Of a stretch of 64,000 bases of DNA, positions 13,083 to 26,175 are shown piece after piece. How positions within the stretch are numbered: the stretch's first letter is position 1; every line of letters begins with the position of its first letter. Below the pieces are notes generated by a model. The model was not told the DNA's origin, did no database searches, and saw only the letters and a program-made list of their open reading frames with translations. Both the position numbers and the translations under genes were made by a program. The stretch covers positions 62,744,001-62,808,000 of the forward strand of contig NC_043002.1 in NCBI RefSeq assembly GCF_006345805.1. Reading direction: 5' to 3'. This stretch comes from Octopus sinensis. Its lineage: Eukaryota.

Positions 13083-13855
13083 ATTATGTGCGTACGTGTG
13101 TATGTGTTGTCACATGACATTTATGTTTCTATATTTACCTTACTCTTTGTGTCTATATAAGTCTATATATATATATATATATATATAGATATATATATGT
13201 TTGTGTGCCTTTGTGGAAAGGTTTAAGCTGCGTGAAGTAAATATTTAAAGTATGTCAATATAGGCTTCTCAATAACAAAACATTACTCTTTTTCGCTATT
13301 TTAATGGTTCCAAGTTTGCCATGAATATTGTTGCAATATTCGATTTCTGCTTCGTATTTAATAAACAAACGTGTGTGTGTGTTTTTTTTTTACAATTTTT
13401 TTTTTACCTTTTGTACGTCGCTAAGCTAAAGCACTTTACGCTGTAGATCCTGCTTTAATTTAATTTCGTCTCATCTCTTATGAATATTTTATTATTATTA
13501 ATGTTGTGTAGCCTTACTTGAGCTCTAACCGGGAATACTAACAAATCACTTGAGTTCCAGCCTTGATAATATCTTTTACGAGGCTTCTGTTCCGCTTTTG
13601 TCTACATGATGTAATGGTCATTTGCGTATATTTGAATAGTACTCTAAAATGCCAAGTAAATCTTTTCCCTGCGATTTCTAGCACGTTTGACGTTCCCATA
13701 ATTCTCTAATACTGATCTCCCAGGGTTTATTGAAGTAACCTATCAACTTGTGAATTGGTTGATAAGTTCACGTATGTTCCTATGTGTGTACGAGTGTGTG
13801 TGTGAATGGGTGAATATGTGTGTAACTGTGTGTATGTGTGTGTGAGTGTGTGTAT

Positions 13856-14262
13856 ACTCTTACTCTTTTACTTTTTTACTTGTTTCAGTCATGTGACTGC
13901 GGCCATGCTGATGCACCACCTTTAGTCGAGCAAATCAATTCCAGGACTTATTCTTTGTAAGCCCAGTACTTATCCATCGGTCTCTTTTGCCGTACCGCTA
14001 ACTTACGGGGACGTAAACACACCAGCATCTGTTGTCAAGCGATGTTGGGGGGACAAACACAGACACATACATATATATATATAAATATATACATATATAC
14101 AATGGGTTTCTTTCAGTTTCCGTCTACCAAATCCACTCACAAGGCTTTGGTCAGCTCTAGGCTATAGTAGAAGACACTTACCCAAAGTGCCACGCAGTGG
14201 GACTGAACCCGGAACCATGTGGTTGGTAAGCAAGCTACTTACCACACAGCCACTTCTGTACC
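13856..14262 (-). mobile_element. SINE family C, full length (tRNA-like head)
   Basis: Reverse complement gives agtggctgtgtggtaagtagcttgc...ggttccgggttcagtccc (A/B-box-like head), conserved body and (gagtaaaa) tail. Confidence 0.9.
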
Positions 14263-15088
14263 TATGTGTTCGCTCATGTAGTAGGTATTTATGTCCCTTT
14301 AGTACAGACGTGCGTGTGATTCGAAACTGTATGTTCGAGATTGTTTTGGCATTCAATATGTATCAGCAGTTGTGTGCATGTGCTTAGATCTGTCGGTTAT
14401 ATTCGGATTTCCCTATAATATATCAAACAATAGAGGCCCTTTGAAACTTAAACTTTCTCGATCCTAATTCAGTAAGCTGGTTGGAATGAATAGGTGGAAC
14501 ATTACAGAAGAAACGAGCAGCCATTTTTCTTCTAGTTACCTTCATTTTATTTTACTAACGAACATTAAAACTATAATAATCCCTTTACGGATTACTGAGT
14601 TCTACCGGAACGGTGCTCATCTCTCAGGTTATGTAGATACCAAATAAAACTTGGCTCCTGATAAACCGGCAAATTAAAACTTGGCACATGATAAAAGTTT
14701 GAAAAACAACGCACCACTAGGTTTGAATTTTATCACCACCACTAACACAACAACAACAACTACTACTACTACTACTACTACTACTAACGTAACTACAGCT
14801 ACCACTGCTACCACACTGACACTAGCGCCAATACTTTCACCATAAAATACGTCAAACATTACATTTACCATTAATGCCCTTTACAATATCACAACAGCCA
14901 TATTCAATAATGCTCCAACGATTATCACCACACCACCAACAACAACAACAGCAAAAGCAAGAAAAGCAACAATGGCAATTAAAGCAAAAACAGTCGTCGG
15001 GGAAGGAAGCATTTATATGGTCGTCCACCTCGATAGAAATAGCAACAAATCCTACTGAAATCATACATGGTTCTCTTAAATAATAGGA

Positions 15089-15198
15089 CATTTATTTCTT
15101 TATTGCCCACAAGGGGTTAAACATAGAGTGGGCAAACAAGGACGGACACTGAGATTAAGTCGATTACATCAATCCCAGTACGTAACTGGTACTTAAAT
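15089..15198 (-). mobile_element. SINE family A, 3' fragment, tail type 2
   Basis: tttctttattgcccacaaggg...aaacaaggac...gattaagtcgatt matches the tail of 43891-44118. Confidence 0.75.
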
Positions 15199-15199
15199 A

Positions 15200-15600
15200 T
15201 TTACTACATAAAAATATATTTTATTACTGGTCGATGATGATACATAGAATCATAACGTAGAATCTAGTTGAATGAAGTAATCTTTGCAAGAAAGCTCAGA
15301 GACAGAAAATGTAGAAATAACAGCTAAGTGGCGGTTTTCAGTCATGTGACGTAGAGAAATAGACGGACATAACAATCACATGAATGGCTCTTAGTCTAAT
15401 CGACTAAGAAGTGAAGAGCTGGGTTAGTACACTGCTTTTATTAATGGAACGCTAGACATTCTAGAAACTTCCAAGAGAAACGCTAAGCATCTTGAATAAT
15501 TAAGAGTCACGTCTCATAACAGAGATGCTTCGAGAAACTTCGAAAGGGAGGTTACTCTATAATCTTTTTTGCAAGGGTGAACATTCAACTACCGCTACAA
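15200..15600 (-). mobile_element. Possible solo LTR or unclassified repeat
   Basis: Minus-strand AATAAAAG, ttctagaa/aaacttc motifs and short inverted repeats. No TG..CA ends or TSD established. Confidence 0.25.
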
Positions 15601-17343
15601 ACCGAGTCGTATATGTAATTTGCTGCTGTAGAGTACAACGTATTTCACCGCTCTTTCACTAACAGCCATCAAAACTCACAAAATTGTAAGAATTTTGTAT
15701 ATTCAGTAACAAAATGAAATCTAATTAATTATTCATGTGCATAAATAGTGAGTACTTAGTGAAAATATAGCCTAAACTCTGGCGAAAATGAAAAGTGTTT
15801 GGAAGTCCTTAATCTGGGGAATAATAACGGAAGACAATGCATAATAAGAGACAAACCCATCCATATTGTGGTGCTGAATAATTGCTAGAGGAACAAATTG
15901 ACACTTATGTCTTGTGGCATCAGGAGAAAATTAACACCTGAATATTGACATCAGTGTGATCTATAGAAGTGACATACTAGCAGCATTACAAATTACATGA
16001 TCATTACATCACAATTAACAGAACTTTCCTGAGAGCCTGCATACTAAATGCAATTAGGAAAGGCGGAGATGCGATCGCCAGATCAAATTTGAAACTGAGA
16101 GGGAAATCATACACTATTTTCTTTTACACAAAGTCAGGATCTTTGCAACAATTCCTCGTATATGGATATATATATATATAATATATATACATACATATAT
16201 ATACATACACACACACATACATATATATATATATATGTGTGAGTGTGTGTGTGTTGTGTGTGTGTGTAGATATAGATATATACATATGATACATACATAT
16301 GAAGAGGTACTGGAGTACCGGTATGAAGAGTTTTTTCAAAAATTACTCCAAATATTTTACCCCAGGACTCTTTTTTTCTTTTTAAAACCTACTACTTATT
16401 CTAATGGTCATTTTTGCCGAACCGCTAACATACGCCCACGTGAACAAATTAATACCAGTTGTCAAGAGATGATGGAGGACAAACGCAGGCACAAAAAACT
16501 ACGCCCACATATGATGATGTTGGAGATGATTATTATTATTATTATCATTATTATTATTATTATGATGTAGATGATGATGGTAACGATAATGATGATGGTG
16601 ATGGTCATGATGATTATATTGAAGATACTGACGATGATGATGATGATAATAATGTCGACGACGATGGTGAAAATGACGAGGTGGGTGGTGTGTGGGCTAA
16701 CTGTTGCTGGTGGTGGCGATGATGATGATGATGATGATGATGATCACTAACGTTGAAAATACCACAGCAAAATCGAAGAATATTACATTATAGACAGGTT
16801 TTTAATAACACACGATAGATAGTCCCAACGTTTGCCGGTTTGGTGCTAGTTTATACTTGTAGAAATCTAATTATTCACACACTACACACACACACGCGCA
16901 CATACACATCCACACGCACAACCACACACACTCGCGCACGTACGCACGCACCGCACACATGAATATAGTAAAAAAAAAAGGTCAAAGTATTACCAATGTT
17001 TCGTGTCAAATGAACATGCTACATAGCTGCAGGGAGAGGGTGACGCGAGAGCATCTTATTGATTTATCGTTAACGAAATTCTACCGTTCACAAGGATACA
17101 CTAAGCAATTATCTGCTTAGACTCGTACCCGACCGCATCAGCACTCACACGCACGCACATCACACACAGAAACACACACACATACAAACACACACACATA
17201 TGCGCTGAATATTTAATTGCAGAATGATATTAGTGACTCAAGGGTCGAGAGTTTCGTACGTGACACTTGCCAACGTCTAAACCCTTATACACACACACGT
17301 GTGTGTGTGTGTATATCTATTATCTCTCTCTCTCTCTCTCTGT

Positions 17344-17381
<38 letters not shown>

Positions 17382-17446
17382 ATACACGCACACACACATG
17401 TACGTATATATAAACACATATATATATACACACATGCAATTCATAT

Positions 17447-18580
17447 TAGGCTGTAAAAATTCCTGTCGCATCTTTTACATGATCAGTTTAAGGATAAATT
17501 TCTCCTACTTCCAGTAAAATGACCTGCAATGCTTACATTCTCCAGATTTTTCTTCTTTTTTTTATATTACTGTATGCCATAGTTGTTATGTTGGTATAGA
17601 TCTTACCCTTTCAAAATACGGTTAGATCAAGCCTATAGGAGGCATTATGTATGAATTCAAAAGAATGTCTTCAGCAATGGAAGCGGCAAGAAATGTTCGT
17701 TCTGTCCATGGAAATGAAGCTTTAACTATCAATAAATGCTAACGGCGATGGGTTCAGATTCGTCAGGGAAACTTTTTCCGTGAAGATATCCATCGATCTA
17801 GACAACCAATTAGCTTCTAAAATTCGCGCTCGATGTAAAACCGTGGCAAGCATCTACAGGAGAATTAGCAAATAGAACCAAGACAAGAGATATTTAGAAT
17901 GTAAAACACCTTCGTGAAGTAGAAAATCTGTCTAATCTTGTCGAGTGGGTTCCTCAGCATCTGATTTTTCTCTTAGCTTAATCAAAAAGTTTCCCTCTGC
18001 TCATCATTCAAGACTTGACTAGCTATCGAATCTTTGTTGGGTAGAGGCATCACATGTGGTGAAAACTTGGTTATCTATTATTATATCCAACGAAAGCGAC
18101 AATGATTAGCCCCCAAAGAAATAATGGAATCGTTTTCCAAACCAGAAATACACCTGAAAATGTTATGCTCTGTGTCTGGTGGGATATGAACGGTTTCGTC
18201 TATCATGAATAATGAAACCTATGCGAAAGAGTAAATGCAGAGATGTAAGGTCTCAATTGAATCTTGGCACAAGACTTTTCGGAAAAAGCACCCACCTTTG
18301 TCAATCTTAAAGAGCTATTGCTCTTAAACGATAATTCAAGACCACATATTACTCCAGTCTATTAGGAAAAATTATGGAACAAAACATGGAAGTTATGATT
18401 CATCGTATCTACTCTCCTCGCCTTGCTCCGTCTAAATAATCGACTTCTCAGATAGTTCCAACATTATTTTAAGGGGAAACAGTTTATTAAATAGGGAGAG
18501 GTTGAAAACGATAGTTTGCATTGAAACCTGAAGAATATTGCACCCGTGAGGTCAAAAATTTGTCAAATGGAACGAATTAT
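17447..18580 (+). mobile_element. Mariner (DD34D-type) transposon fossil
   Basis: Manual translation: EWVPQHL at ~17943 (WVPHEL motif), YSPRLAPS at ~18410 (YSPDLAPSD motif), AMEAARNV..VHGNEAL N-terminus. TIR-like ttaggctgtaaaaattcctg at 17447. Multiple stops and frameshifts. Confidence 0.85.
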
Positions 18581-19599
18581 GTTATAACAAAACCACTGAA
18601 GTGTATTTCGATTCTTTTACACATTGAAATGCAACACGGCATTCCAATTCTAATCCAGTATATATATATAGACATATATATATTCGATATTATCTGGGTA
18701 ATAACCGCAAAACGTGCATTTTACGGTTTCTATACGGTTATCAGCTGCGGTTATAGGCGATCATACAGCAGAGTTGTTTCATATGCTGGATATACTTGTG
18801 GAATTACCATTGTTTATAGAATTTATATAAAATTTTGTTCAAGAGGATGTATTAAACAGGCTTCACTTTTGCATCTATGTGTGTATGGATAGAGAATATC
18901 GCATCGTTAATTGTCGAATTCACCATACAAAGCCGACAATTGCTTCTGTTGTACCAATATAATTAGATACGGAGATGTTAATGAGGTTTTGTGTATCTAA
19001 ATATGTTGAAACAATTGTCGGCTTTCTATGCGTGTGTGGGTGTATGTGTATGCATGTATGATTGTGTGTATATATATATAGGTGGGTATGTATGTATGTC
19101 ATTATTCAGTTTTAATTCAATATTTCTAACCTAGATTTAAGGCTCTTTCATTGGAATTTCAACATCAACAACATGTTTTTTTGTTTGTATGTATGTATGT
19201 ATGTATGTAGGTGGGTGTAAAGATTTATATGTTTTGCTTTATGTATGTATTCTCATGCATATAGTTGCATATCTAGACATCTTCATATACATTTAAATGA
19301 TAAACTTTTCGAAAGTTTTACAGATTTTTACAGTTCCAGTGATGGCTTGGATCCTTTCTGGTTTTGAGAAGCCAAATTTCTCAAGATTGGTATATAGGCA
19401 GTGTGTTATGTATGTATGTATGTATGTTTGCAGCAAGTGTACACGTATATATTAATATATGTATGTGCCTATGTATGTGTGTATGCATATATGTATGTAT
19501 GCAAGTATGTATGTTTGTATGTATGTGTGTATGTGTGTATGTATGTCTCTATACTTCGCAAACTGTTTTACGGAAGGTTTTCCTTCATACATTGAAAAT

Positions 19600-20520
19600 T
19601 ATGATGGTGATGGGGATGAAGATGAGGTCGGGGGTGTGAGGGAGGATGACGGCGACGATGAAGATGATTGATGATGACATCTATGATGACGTTGATGATA
19701 CTGATGATGATGGTGATGACACTGATGACGGTAATGTTTGTTTGTTTTTTTCTGGTTAATGACATATGATTATAAATCTGGTGATGAATTCCATGAATTT
19801 TAATATAATGGTGGTAACAATGACGGACTTAATGACGGTCATAGCAGCTACTATGACAGGCGAAGGACGAAGTCGATGCCGATGGTTGCGGATGGAGAGG
19901 AGGATTGGGATGTTCACGATGTTGTTATTACTGATGCTGCCCATGGTGATGGGCTGCTGATTATGATGATGATTATTATAATGATGATGATAATTATTAT
20001 TGTGCTGGTGGTGAAGGTGGTGGTGGTGGTGGTGATGGTTGTGGTGGTGATGATGATGATAGTGATGAGGATGATGAATTTGATGATTATGATGATTATG
20101 ATAATGATGATCATGATGATGATGATGGCGGCGGCGGCGATGGTGGAGGTAGTGGTGGTGATGCTGGTGATGATGAACTTGAAAATGGTTATGATGATGA
20201 TGAGGGTGATGAGAGTGATGATGATAATGATGATGATTGTGATGCTGCTGCTGATGATGATGGTGATGATATTAATAATGATGATGACAACGACGACGGT
20301 GAAGATGACGGTGGTTTCGACGGTGCTGTTCAATGATGATGGTGTTGGTGGTGGTAGTGGGGGATGGTGGGCTCGGCGGTGATGATTATGATAGCGTTGA
20401 GGATAGTGATGATGATGATGTTGATGATGATGTTGACAAAGATGAGGACGATTATGACGATGATCATGACGATGATCATGACGATGATCATGATGATGAT
20501 CATCATCACCATCATGCTAG
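19600..20520. repeat. Cryptic (GAT/GGT)n trinucleotide array
   Basis: Directly visible; poly-M/V/D ORFs in several frames. Confidence 0.9.
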
Positions 20521-21099
20521 CTATGATATTTCGGGTGATGGCTTTTTTGATAAATAAACGGGCAAAAGAAACGGTTATTATTTTCGTTAATTTTTTTTTT
20601 CTGAAATCATTTTTTTTTTCTTTTTTCGTGTTTTATTTTTTTTTTTCATTTTTCTAGCTATAACTCTCTCTTTGCTGTCGTATTTGATTTTTGCTGTTGT
20701 TTGGTGTTGGTTTGTTCTTTTTCTTTTGTCAGTTTTCTGTTGCTATTATTATTGTTTTGTTTCTCGTTGTTGACGTTCTTCCGTATAATTTTCTTGGCAG
20801 TGCAGCTAGAATGTGTGGGCGGATAGACGAAAGAACGGATAGATGAATGATGCCTAAGAGAAGAGGATTCTGGCGGGGGAAGAGAGTGACGATGCTTGAG
20901 CGAGGTGGTGTGTGGTATGCCTGTAATGCGTTTGTGTATATAATGTTCTTAATATTATCATGTGTATATGTGTATTATGTACGTAACGGATATACATATA
21001 TACGTAATATATGTGTATATGTTTGTAAGAGATGGTCGTGTATGTAAAAGCTTTGGTATATTTTCATATATGTCTGTTCCTGTTTGTGTGAGTGTTTGG

Positions 21100-21141
<42 letters not shown>

Positions 21142-21190
21142 GAGTTACCGTATGAGTGCATAAGTACGTGCGCGTGTTTGTGCGTGTAAG

Positions 21191-21241
<51 letters not shown>

Positions 21242-21689
21242 GTTTGTGTGTTGTGTGTGTATACATATATGTTTGTGTGTGTATATATATGTGCGCGTGT
21301 GTATATATATGGGTGTGTATATATATATGTGTATATGTATATAAGTGTGTGTGTATGTATGTATATATGTGTGCATGTGTATATATGTGCTTGTGTGTAT
21401 ATATATATATATGTATGTGTGTGTATTTATATATGTGTGTGTACGTGTGCGTATATATATATAATATATATGTGCGTGTGTATATGTATATATATATATG
21501 TGTGTGTGTATGTGTGCGTATATATATGTGCGTGTGTATATGTATATATATGGGTGTGTATGTGTTTGTGCTAGTGTATGTGCGTATGTTTGTGTGGAGG
21601 GGGTCGGGTGAGGGTGAGAGTGACATTGAATAAAGAGCAAGTGAGTGGTTTGGAGTAAACATAGGAGTAAACAATGAGAGTGACAACCC

Positions 21690-22310
21690 TACTACCTCCC
21701 CTCCCGCAGCAACCATCACCTCCCCCTGCCAACAATAACAGCAACTACAACAATTATAGCAACATTAGTATTGCCATCATCGATGCCATCATTACTACCG
21801 TTATCATAACCATGACCACCACCACCACCACAGCCATTATCATCATCACTGTCATCATCGTCATCGTCATCATCATCATTATCATCATCATCGCTGTCGT
21901 CATCGTCATCATCATAGTCATCATGGTCATCATCACCACTAACAGCAGTCGCTACGGCTACCGCCACCACCACCACCACAGACATCAGGACCATCATCAT
22001 CATCGCTGTCATCATCGTCGCCGTCATCATCATGGTTGTCATCATAATCCTCATCATCATCACCACCGTTAGTTGCTACCGCCACCACAATGGTAAGCAT
22101 CGCATTCAACGTCGTCGTCATCATAACCATCATCATCACCATCATCAGCATCATCGTCGTCGACATCCGTATCTTGATCATCATTACCATCACCACCATC
22201 ACCACCGTTATCATCAGCATCAAACACAATACTACAAACAAAAACAACAACTGCTGCAGAAGCAGCAGCAGTCGCAGCCGCAGCAATAAGAAAACGGAGT
22301 CTAATCAGAA
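21690..22310. repeat. Cryptic (CAT/CAC/CGT)n trinucleotide array
   Basis: Directly visible; poly-H/I/T ORFs in several frames. Confidence 0.9.
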
Positions 22311-23431
22311 AGTATTAAACAACTAAAAAGTAAATGCCTGCCGGAAAGAACTCCCTCACGCAGCACCTTTTTCCTTCCCCCAATTGCGAAACCCTTCTTT
22401 CCCCGCCGTCTCTTTCCTCCTCTTCCTCCTTCCCCGCCTTCACCGTGCCTAAAAACCAACTCTTCTCCAAGCATTTACTATTGCAGAGAAAGAAGCAGAA
22501 GAATGGTATGTGTGTGTGTGTGCGTGTGTGTGTATCTGTGTGTGAGTGTTTCTGTGTTTGTGTGTTGTGTGTGTGTGTGTGTGAGTGTTTCTGTGTTTGT
22601 GTGTGTTTGTGCGCGCACATGTGTATGTTTTTGTGTGTGTGAGTGGTTGTGTGTTTCTGTGTGTGTGTGTGTGTGTTTGTATGTGCGCGTTTGTGCACGC
22701 GTGCAAGCATATATTTGTGTGTGTTTGTGAGTGTGTTTGTCTCTGTGTTTGTGTGTGTTTGTGTGTGTGTGTGTTTATGGGTGCATGTGCACGTGTATGT
22801 TTGTGTGCGTGTGTGAAATCGAACTTGTTGCTATGGGAAACACTGGGAAGCTTTAAGGATGCGATTTTGTAAGCCTTGAGGCATCTGATGAACCTGACAC
22901 TAAACCGAAATGTAAAATTAACCAAAACCCAACACCGCCCTCAAAACACATACGCTCTGCCCCCACGCCTACCATCGACATCATTAATACCACCAGTAAC
23001 AGCCCCACTAGTACCACCATCGATATCATCAATACCAGCGCTACCAGCACCGACATCACCACCACCACCAATCCACGAGCATCACCATCACCACCGATAT
23101 CCCCACCATGAATAACCCCCCCCCCAACAGCCTTCAAAATTTAACGCTGCCAAATTGCATAGAAGACTTAACACCATTTTGCACAAAACCTTGCCATGTG
23201 ACCCAACGGCGAGATGTTTACATTAGTTGACCAAACTACTAGAAATAGTAGCAAGACAACCTCAAGCCATGTTTTAGTCCCCGAGATAGGTTACATTAAG
23301 TCAAGTGATACTAGGTATGTTATATTTTTTTAAAAATTATAAACAAGGAGTAAATTGAGACTAACTGGTCATGGCTGGACTGCTTTTCTATCATTGATAT
23401 TTGTATTAAGATTGACGTGTGACAAAACCAG

Positions 23432-23628
23432 TGCTGCAGAGCTGGTATGCCGCAGCACAATGGTGTGCCACGAAACGATGCTAGGTGTGCCGCAGTGTAA
23501 CCTGAATGTGCTTTTTTTTTTTTTTTTACCCTGTTCTTTTTAGTTATGTTTAGTTCAGGTGTGCCGCCGTATTTTGGAAAGAATATAAGTGTTCCGCAAG
23601 TGACAAGATGTTGGGGAGCAGAAGTCTA
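23432..23628. mobile_element. Degenerate hAT (Charlie-like) MITE
   Basis: Begins cagtg, carries five gtgtgccgc-like subterminal motifs, ends in a gatgttgggga-like terminus. The TIR match is poor. Confidence 0.45.
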
Positions 23629-23859
23629 AACAACAAAAACAACAAATAACATAACAACAACAACAACATCAACAACAACACCAACAACACCAACAATAAT
23701 AATAACGATGATGATGATGATGATGATGACGATGTTGAAGATGATGATGATGACGATGTTGAAGATGATGATGATGAAGATAATAATAATAATATAATAA
23801 TAATAATAATAATATAATAATAATATAATAATAATAATGATAATAATAATAGTAATCCT

Positions 23860-24028
23860 TTCTGTTATAGGCACAAGGCCTGAAAGTTTGGGGGAAGAGA
23901 CTGGTCGATCATATCGACCCCAGTGTTTCACTGGCACCTAGGCGGAATTTGAACTCAGAACGTAGCCGCCGACGAAATATCGCGAAGCATTTTGCTCGGT
24001 GTGTTAAAGATTAATCCAGCTCACCGCC

Positions 24029-24031
<3 letters not shown>
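23860..24031 (-). mobile_element. SINE family A, tail type 1, lacking ~40 bp of the central box
   Basis: actggc joins directly to acctaggcggaatttg, where other copies have ttattttatcgaccccgaaaggatgaaaggcaaagtcg. Confidence 0.8.
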
Positions 24032-24097
<66 letters not shown>

Positions 24098-24527
24098 GCA
24101 ATAGTAACACACTTATCTCAGCCACCCATGGCGGTCACGTTTTCAACAAAGTCATAAATGACAAACGATACATTGGGTAGTGTAGTCCTTGATACACTTT
24201 GTTCGAAAAACGTAAAAATATAAAATGAATGATCAATAGAATGATATATATATTGAATGGTCCCTTTGCATACTGAACACTTGGTGAAATTGATTAATAA
24301 TTAATTAATTTTGCCCTCAATTGTTGAAATTATAATTATCTCCTCTGATTAATGCTTCGGATTTTACCGAAATAAGCATAGTGTTTGATGATTTTAACCC
24401 GCTGGTGGAAAGGGAGAACAGAGATTCTTCGCTTGCTTATTTGAATTGTTGGCACTGTTAGTTACGAGCCAGATCTTCGAAAGGGTATTCTTATTTTCAG
24501 TGTTTCCAAATCCAAACCAGGAAGTTC

Positions 24528-24580
24528 TGAGCTGATGATAGAAGTGTTGTTTTTAACTAATCTTGAAACGTACGTTCTCA
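24528..24580 (+). ncRNA. Type I hammerhead ribozyme motif, unit 1
   Basis: UGAG (stem I), CUGAUGA, stem II, GAAA, palindrome AACGUACGUU, GUU triplet, CUCA (stem I). Predicted cleavage after 24576. Confidence 0.75.
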
Positions 24581-25051
24581 ATAACCTTAGCATTGATTTT
24601 TCGATGTCCTTACCCCCAAACTTTGTAGTTGAATTAGCAACACATATATGAGAGAGATTTTCTTTAAGTATTAGAAATAGCTTTAAAAAGTTTTTAGCTG
24701 CTATTTCTAATGAGTTCAGTATGCGGCAAAGTAATTTATTTTACTAAGCCTTTTATATAATAATAATTTGAATTCGCCTTGAATGGTCCCTTTGCATACT
24801 GAGCACTTGGTGAAATTGATTATAATTAATTAATTTTGCCCTCAATTGTTGAAATTATAATTAATCTCCCTCTGATTAATGCTTCGGATTTTACAATAAG
24901 CATAGTGTTTGATGATTTTAACCCACGCTGGTGGAAAGGGGAGAACAGAGATTCTTCGCTTGCTTATTTGAATTGTGCACTGTTAGTTACGAGCAATCTT
25001 CGAAGGGTATGTTCTTATTTTCAGTGTTTCCAAATCCAAACCAAGAATTTC

Positions 25052-25103
25052 TGAGCTGATGATAGAAGTGTTGTTTTAACTAATCTTGAAACGTACGTTC
25101 TCA
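25052..25103 (+). ncRNA. Type I hammerhead ribozyme motif, unit 2
   Basis: tgagctgatgatagaagtgttgttttaactaatcttgaaacgtacgttctca. Predicted cleavage after 25099. Confidence 0.75.
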
Positions 25104-25583
25104 AATAACCTTAGCATTTGATTTTTCGATGTCCTTACCCCCAAACTTTTGTGAGTTGAATTAAGCAAACACTATATATGAGAGAGATTTTCTTTAAGTA
25201 TAGAAATAGCTTTAAAAAGTTTTTTAGCTGCTATTTCTAATGAGTTCAGTATATGCGGCAAAGTAATTATTTTACTAAGCCTTTTATATAATGTAATAAT
25301 TTGAATTCGCCTTGAATGGTCCCTTGCATACTGCCTTGGTGAATTGATTAATATTAATTAATTTTGCCCTCAATTGTTGAATTTAATTAATCTCCCTCTG
25401 ATTAATGCTTCGGATTTTACCGAAATAAGCATAGTTTTTGATGATTTTAACCCACTCTGGTGGAGGGGAGAACAGAGATTCTTCGCTTGCTTATTTTGAA
25501 TTTGTTGCACTGGAGTTACGAGCAGATCTTCGAAAGGGTATGTTCTTATTTTCAGTGTTTCCAAATCCAAACCAAGGAATTTC

Positions 25584-25634
25584 TGAGCTGATGATGAAGT
25601 GTTGTTTTAACTATCTTGAAAACGTACGTTCTCA
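25584..25634 (+). ncRNA. Type I hammerhead ribozyme motif, unit 3 (indels in stem II, GAAAAC)
   Basis: Same motif with two deleted A residues in stem II and one extra A. These may be read errors. Confidence 0.6.
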
Positions 25635-26123
25635 ACATACCTTAGCATTTGATTTTTCGATGTCCTTACCCCCAACTTTTGTGAGTTGAATTAAGCAAAC
25701 ACTATATATGAGAGAGATTTTCTTTAATTATTAGAAATAGTTTTTAAAAAGTTTTTTAGCTGCTATTTCTAATGAAGTTCAGTATGCGGCAAAGTAATTT
25801 ATTTTACTAAGCCCTTTTATATAATGTATAATTTGAATTCTCCTTGAATGGTCCCTTTGCATACTGAACACTTGGTGAAATTGATTAATAATTAATTATT
25901 TTTGCCCTCAATTGTTGAAATTATAATTAATCTCCTCTGATTAATGCTTCGGATTTTACCGAAATAAGCATAGTGTTTGATGATTTTAACCCACGCTGGT
26001 GGAAAGGGGAACAGAGATTCTTCGCTTGCTTATTTGAATTTGTTGGCACTGTTAGTTACGAGCAGATCTTCGAAAGGGTATGTTCTTATTTTCAGTGTTT
26101 CCAAATCCAAACCAAGGAATTTC

Positions 26124-26175
26124 TGAGCTGATGATAGAAGTGTTGTTTTAACTAATCTTGAAACGTACGTTCTCA
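26124..26175 (+). ncRNA. Type I hammerhead ribozyme motif, unit 4
   Basis: Identical to the unit 2 motif. Predicted cleavage after 26171. Confidence 0.75.

Noticed and set aside
8800-13200. Dozens of ORFs rich in Y/I/C/V/H/T here and throughout the window
   Set aside because: They are translations of dinucleotide and tetranucleotide repeats, open in many frames on both strands, with no domain content.
14874-15083. Poly-Q ORF resembling a transcription-factor exon
   Set aside because: Derived from a (CAA/CAC) microsatellite; no splice signals or conserved domain.
22880-22920. CTGATGA...CCGAAATGTA hammerhead-like string
   Set aside because: Stem II cannot pair (ACC vs ACC) and there is no stem I; at best a decayed relic.
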